Positions 53,739 through 64,000 of a DNA stretch of 64,000 nucleotides are shown here, in pieces. The position numbers and the translations under genes were made by a program. A model generated the notes under the pieces. It had not been told where the DNA came from. It saw nothing but the letters and a program-made list of their open reading frames with translations, and searched no databases. Location: assembly GCA_040954595.2 (NCBI GenBank), contig CM082589.2:7313186-7377185 (forward strand), given 5' to 3'. The number at the start of each line of letters is the position of its first letter. Positions within the stretch are counted from its first letter, which is position 1. This stretch comes from Balanoglossus misakiensis (lineage: Eukaryota; Animalia; Hemichordata).

Positions 53739-56700
53739 ATGTCCAACTTAGAAAAGGTAAGAAAATTGTGTTCACTGCCGACCCATTTTTGTTTTATTAC
53801 CGAGCGTCGTCATTTCTTTCTTTGGGGTACACGGTGGGGATTTCCCGAAGACGTCAAATCGTGCTTTTCGCGGAATGCGTTATTGAGAACTGTTTAATTA
53901 GGCGACGTTTGTGAGTGAGTGTATACCACTCTTGTATACGTGTAGTTATTTGACAGCCTTGAAACTGACGCCTGAAACAGATGCCGATGTTTCATTTCCA
54001 CGTTATCACAATTCTCACACTGATCATCCAAAGACAAATATTGGTTTCAAGGGAAGTGAAAATGACTCATTCTGTTAAAATAGAATATTGAGTGAACCTT
54101 GTTGATGTACGCTTTGTTGAACAACACCCATGCATTCATTTATTTCTAAATGTTGAAGGGATTGATTAAAAAAACAATAAAAAAGAAACTTGATTACTTA
54201 TTATATATGCAGAGACATTGTGAAGATGGCATAGACGAGATTATATTGACATCCTACATCGAAGAACGCAGCGAAAATTTGGAACTGGAAGACACGCTAC
54301 TTCTTCAGGAAGCTAGGGATGCCATTTTGAAAGAATCAGCGACCGTCCTCAAAAATTGCAATGTGACACTGCTTGGAAACAAAGTGAAAGTAGAATTCCT
54401 TTCCGGTGATGGAAAAAACAAATGTTGTATTCACTTAGACGGAAACAATAAACCAAAGACATACTGTAAGTAATGCGACGTAACGTCAAATAGGTACACA
54501 CGCCATAAATATTTATTGGCTCACGAAAGTTTAATAGTACATGTATTCTTATTTTAAAAAGACCAAATGTGTGCAAAGACGGGCAGGTGGACGGACGGAT
54601 GTATGGAGAAATGGCTGGCTGGATGGATTGATGGGTGGTGGGTGGGTGGTTGGATGGATGGGCGGGCGGGCGCGCGCGCCGCGGACGGACAGCCCGTTCG
54701 GATGGACGGACGCTTGGATAAATAGAGATAGAGGAATACAGGCACTAAAATGATGATATATATTATTTTAATCAATTGATGCAGGGCAGAACCGCCACGA
54801 TAGCCATGTTGAGGGCATGTCTTCGGATGAAGATGATGAGTATTATCCCATGGTATATGATGAAATAGACGTACGTGTTTAATCTCTCTCATCAATCGTC
54901 ACATGTTCCATATAAATGTAGTCAACTTAATCTTCGATGCGTCATTAACTGACATATCAATCTTTATGCTGAGTTGGTATTTTTCGCTGCTGAACTTGTG
55001 AAGCATCACAAACTTGACTTAGTCTCACAGGTTCATTTTGTGACTTTCTTTCTATATTAACAACTGATGATGGGAGTTGACAGTATATTTCTCTAAGGTT
55101 ATTATGGTAAGTTGGAAGAAATGCACAGGTAACGACTACCGTACGGCAACTGTTTCTTTTGATAGGAAAATCGACTGATGCATATGGACACCACATCCGA
55201 AGCTGAACCCGAATCTGTCATGCCAGTTATCGATACAGAGTCAATTAGAACACGTTGGACGATTCTCAGTGACGAGTTTGCTGTTTACTATGAAGGAATT
55301 CTCGACGGTGACAAACGAGTTATGATTAAACAGTCGAAAGGTCAGAATAATAAGCTTAGATATGAATTTATTCAAATAATCTTTATCTCAGTCAAAAAAC
55401 TGAGTTAAAAAAGAACATATCCATATTTCGTACTACTGAAATTTGATACGCTCTGACATGACGGATTACTAAGTATAATCATCATCTGTGGTGATGATTT
55501 ATATAACTTTGATCCCAACAGATGACAGCGTAAATAACAAAGGAAAGATTAAAAGAGAAGCAGACATTCTATGGGATCTTGACCACAATCACATCGTTAA
55601 GTTTCATGGAATTTGCGAAGACCCGGTTAGCATTGTGATGGAATTTCTTGAGAATGGAACGTTTCGTCAATTTCTGACGGGTGAGTCGTCATCTATAGGA
55701 AAATTTGGTTGTGATCAGTTTGCGCATGCGTGCATCTTGCGCGTGCGCATTGTTGCGTCGGTCGGAGGAATAGTATAAATATTGCAAGATGGCAGAATTG
55801 ATGTTCGACATTTCAAATCGCATGGGACGAAGTGGGTCAAGAAATATCATAGTCTCACCATTAGATTCTGATCAGAAATATCACAGAATTATTGGATAAA
55901 AGATTCTACAATCTAATTTTGCTATGTGTATTTTGACATTTTTTACTAGAAAATGGGAAACAGCTGAAACTCTCTGAGGCTCTGAAGATGGCGACCCAGG
56001 TTGCTTCCGCGATCTCCTATTTGGGATCGAAGGGATATGTTCATAGAGACATCGCCGCTCGGAATGTGCTTGTTGGTACAAACCGGATATGTAAATTAGC
56101 CGGTTTTTCATTGGCTGTAAAATTACAGGTTTGTAACAAGGAAACATTTTCTAACCGTTATATACACTTTAACTTTTTACTCTAAAAAGTTCGACCGAAA
56201 ATGACCAGAAGTCATATTTTATCTGACAAATGTAAAGTTTATATCCAAAATCAAATGATTATAAGATGTTTTTTTTTTCAATAAACGTTCAGTATAAACA
56301 TGCATGTATTAACAGAACGATCTGTAGGGCCTACTCCTGTCAAAATATTTACAGAATGGAAGGGAAATGCAATTTTCATTTGGGTATGAGGAGAAATGAT
56401 ACCTGTGTCGTTACAGGATAAAGATCACAATATTTCATTCGTCCATTGTATGTTTTATTGTTTATTCGACAGAATGGGACATATAACCCCATTGGCGAGA
56501 ATACAGTTGCGCTCAAATGGAGCGCCCCGGAATGCTTTTTGAAACAAACATTTTCTCCAAAATCCGATATGTGGTCTTTTGGGATTCTCCTGCTGGAAAT
56601 TGTGAACCACGGAGCTTTTCCCTATGAAGGTAACTATGTTCAACACAGAACAACAACTGAACTGATCATCTTGCCGCGGTAGTCGAGCATCTTGTGGGTA

Positions 56701-57127
56701 TTTACTGGTATCCAGTCCGCGTAATGGCGACAGGAGACGATCTCAACTTTTCGAATGTGGAATAGGATGGATAGGCTTTTGTTTCACGATGAAATAACCT
56801 CTCTCTCTCTCTCTCTCTCTCCCTCTCTCCTCTCTCCCCTCCCTCGCTCTCTTTCTCTCTGTCCGCCTCTCTGTCCCTCCCTCCCCCTCTCTCTCTCTCT
56901 CTCGCTCTCTCCCCCGTCTCTCTCCCACCCCACCTCTCTCATTGTTTGTAGGACTTAGCGGAGCTGAAGCGAGGAAACTTGTAGAAAATAGATGTATTCA
57001 GACTCGCCCGAAGACTTGTCCTCTTGATTTATATCAAATAATGCAGCAATGTTGGGAAAACGACCCTGATGATAGACCGTCCTTCGATGACGTCATACAC
57101 AGTCTTACTTTGCTCAAACTCGAGTAA
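53739..57127 (+). CDS. Non-receptor tyrosine-kinase-like pseudokinase with unknown N-terminal domain, copy 1; exons 53739-53756, 54213-54465, 54785-54870, 55166-55340, 55522-55680, 55950-56128, 56473-56629, 56952-57127
   Basis: In-frame splicing; [38 protein letters not shown]; the DFG position reads KLAGFS; no GxGxxG. Confidence 0.88.
56799..56940. repeat. (CT)n-rich polypyrimidine tract in the last kinase-1 intron
   Basis: Direct reading. Confidence 0.9.
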
Positions 57128-58606
57128 ATTCAGTAAAAGTTATTGAAGACAGTAGACTGAAACCAAAGTTCAGGCGTAATGAAATTTAACGGGTTGTCAA
57201 ACTATTAATCGTATATGGTCAAGTTGTCAGACTTGTGGAGTTTTAAAAATCTTCATATGTCTAATTTGCAAGGAAGGTGTAATGTACCAATCAGCAGCTA
57301 ATACTTTGATTCCAATTTGGATATGCAAGTGATTTTATGTTATCGTGTATCTATAAGGATATGTAATAATGTCAAAGTTAGTGCCCGGAAGACTATAGGT
57401 AGACACAGGCATGGGCAGACAGACAGACAGACTGATAGACAGACAGTCAGACAGACAGACTGGCACACACACAGACACAAACGGGAAAATACACAAGTAT
57501 ATACAAAATTATCATTCAGAGAACATCCAAGCAACAAATCTACCCTTTCCTGTTTTTACGAATAATGTACACACTCTAAGGAAATGTGAAATAAAGAGGA
57601 AAATCAATCTGTTTTATCTCAAGTAGATTTCATTGCGGATTTCACTATCTCCACCCATTAAATGCATATTCATGTATCTTTCTTCACATACGTGAAAATC
57701 TAACATTCAAGTACATATACCCTACTCTTAGCAACAATTTTACATTCAAGTTATTTTGGTCCGAAAGTCAAACGCTCTTTTGTCTCCCAATCTCTTATTC
57801 ACATGTTGCTTTCTTTTGATAACAATTTGCTGTGAAAAAAGGGAAGCGAAGGTGAACAAAACTGAATAGAACTCGGCTGTCTGTATTCGGAATGGCTGCA
57901 ATGGTTATTCACACATGGTCACTGGTCAACAAAAACATGTTTCTTATTATTTTCAGGCCAACTTTAAAAATAGCTATAGGTTTAGAAGACCTCTAAGTTC
58001 GTCAAAACTCTGATGCCAGAGAAAACTATTCGATACTTGGGTTGGAACGCTTCATCCTTGCCAGATATTGACTTATATACAGTTCATTTTTTATTATCCT
58101 TTTTATGCCGTGTACCGGTCATTCAACCATAAGTGTTTCCTTTAAAAAACAGCGCCCTCCGATCGTTTTAAAAACCGTTTTGTTCCGTGTTGTTGTCAAA
58201 CCCGGAAACAACTTTGAAGGCTATCAAGTTTGGTAAGGCGACTTTGGTCATGACTCTCCATGCCTCCGATATTTTAAGGTAATTATATTTGATCAAGACG
58301 ATTTTATAATTCATTATCATTTTGAATAATATGTGTCAAGTATAGCGTAACCCATGGGGATATATGGCTGACCTGTGTACACATAATTTCCAATTTCCTG
58401 ATACAAATGACACACCACTGGCAGGTCTTATAATGTGCATAGAGTTTAAACATCAATGATATATTGACTTAATACTTATAATTGAAAGGCATCTCATGCA
58501 TAGTTTTAAACTGGAATAGGTGGTTTAAATATTTCTGAATGTTTTTTGAAGACGCTGAAAATTGTTTGCTATACAAAGAAATGTCTGAGCTGTGAAGAAA
58601 TCAAGA

Positions 58607-63108
<4,502 letters not shown>

Positions 63109-63348
63109 AATTAACAAAAGATGTTAATACAGAATGTAAACCCTTTAATCCAAACAGTTGCATGCGTGACACCACAGGGAATGAATTCGTATTGTTTATT
63201 TGCATTTCAAGGCCTCCGCCCATTTGCAGTGGACTTACACGTCAAAAATTTCAAATAAATTAACAGTTCAGTATCCAATAATTAGTCTGTAATTAACGAA
63301 CAGGATTGTCATCATTTAAATTAAAAATAATTTCTTTTCGCATTTGAA

Positions 63349-64000
63349 ATGTATGTATGTATGTATGTATGTATGTATGTATGTATGTATGTATGTATGT
63401 ATGTATGTATGTATGTATGTATGTATGTATGTATGTATGTATGTATGTATGTATGTATGTATGTATGTATGTATGTATGTATGTATGTATGTATGTATGT
63501 ATGTATGTATGTATGTATGTATGTATGTATGTATGTATGTATGTATGTATGTATGTATGTATGTATGTATGTATGTATGTATGTATGTATGTATGTATGT
63601 ATGTATGTATGTATGTATGTATGTATGTATGTATGTATGTATGTATGTATGTATGTATGTATGTATGTATGTATGTATGTATGTATGTATGTATGTATGT
63701 ATGTATGTATGTATGTATGTATGTATGTATGTATGTATGTATGTATGTATGTATGTATGTATGTATGTATGTATGTATGTATGTATGTATGTATGTATGT
63801 ATGTATGTATGTATGTATGTATGTATGTATGTATGTATGTATGTATGTATGTATGTATGTATGTATGTATGTATGTATGTATGTATGTATGTATGTATGT
63901 ATGTATGTATGTATGTATGTATGTATGTATGTATGTATGTATGTATGTATGTATGTATGTATGTATGTATGTATGTATGTATGTATGTATGTATGTATGT
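63349..64000. repeat. Perfect (TATG)n microsatellite, over 650 bp, running off the window end
   Basis: Direct reading. Confidence 0.99.

Noticed and set aside
55950-56128. Calling the kinases MLKL or Src orthologs
   Set aside because: HRDxAARN and KWxAPE are tyrosine-kinase signatures that MLKL lacks, and SH3/SH2 are absent; the LAGF match is treated as convergence.

Overview
Eukaryotic, intron-rich, AT-rich animal DNA. Gene families and repeats suggest a marine invertebrate, possibly a deuterostome; the taxon is inferred, not shown. Gene models were built by hand from GT-AG sites and reading-frame phase. In order: 3' part of a tetraspanin (+); a possible ~73-aa micro-gene (-); an unusual NLR-like gene (+) with GT4 glycosyltransferase domain, coiled coil, TRADD-N-like domain, NACHT C-terminal helical part without a P-loop, and LRRs, broken by a transposon insertion and a frameshift; an SLC16-like MFS transporter (-); a galactose-3-O-sulfotransferase (+); three two-domain rhamnose-binding (SUEL) lectin genes in a ~20 kb inverted/tandem duplication around a 2.1 kb foldback element; two tandem copies of an unrecognised secreted Cys-rich protein; and two tandem tyrosine-kinase-like pseudokinases (DFG->GFS/GFT, no Gly loop) fused to an unknown N-terminal domain. 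Many non-autonomous DNA transposons, one SINE and long microsatellites are interspersed. The window reads as a rapidly duplicating, probably innate-immune and glycan-recognition neighbourhood.
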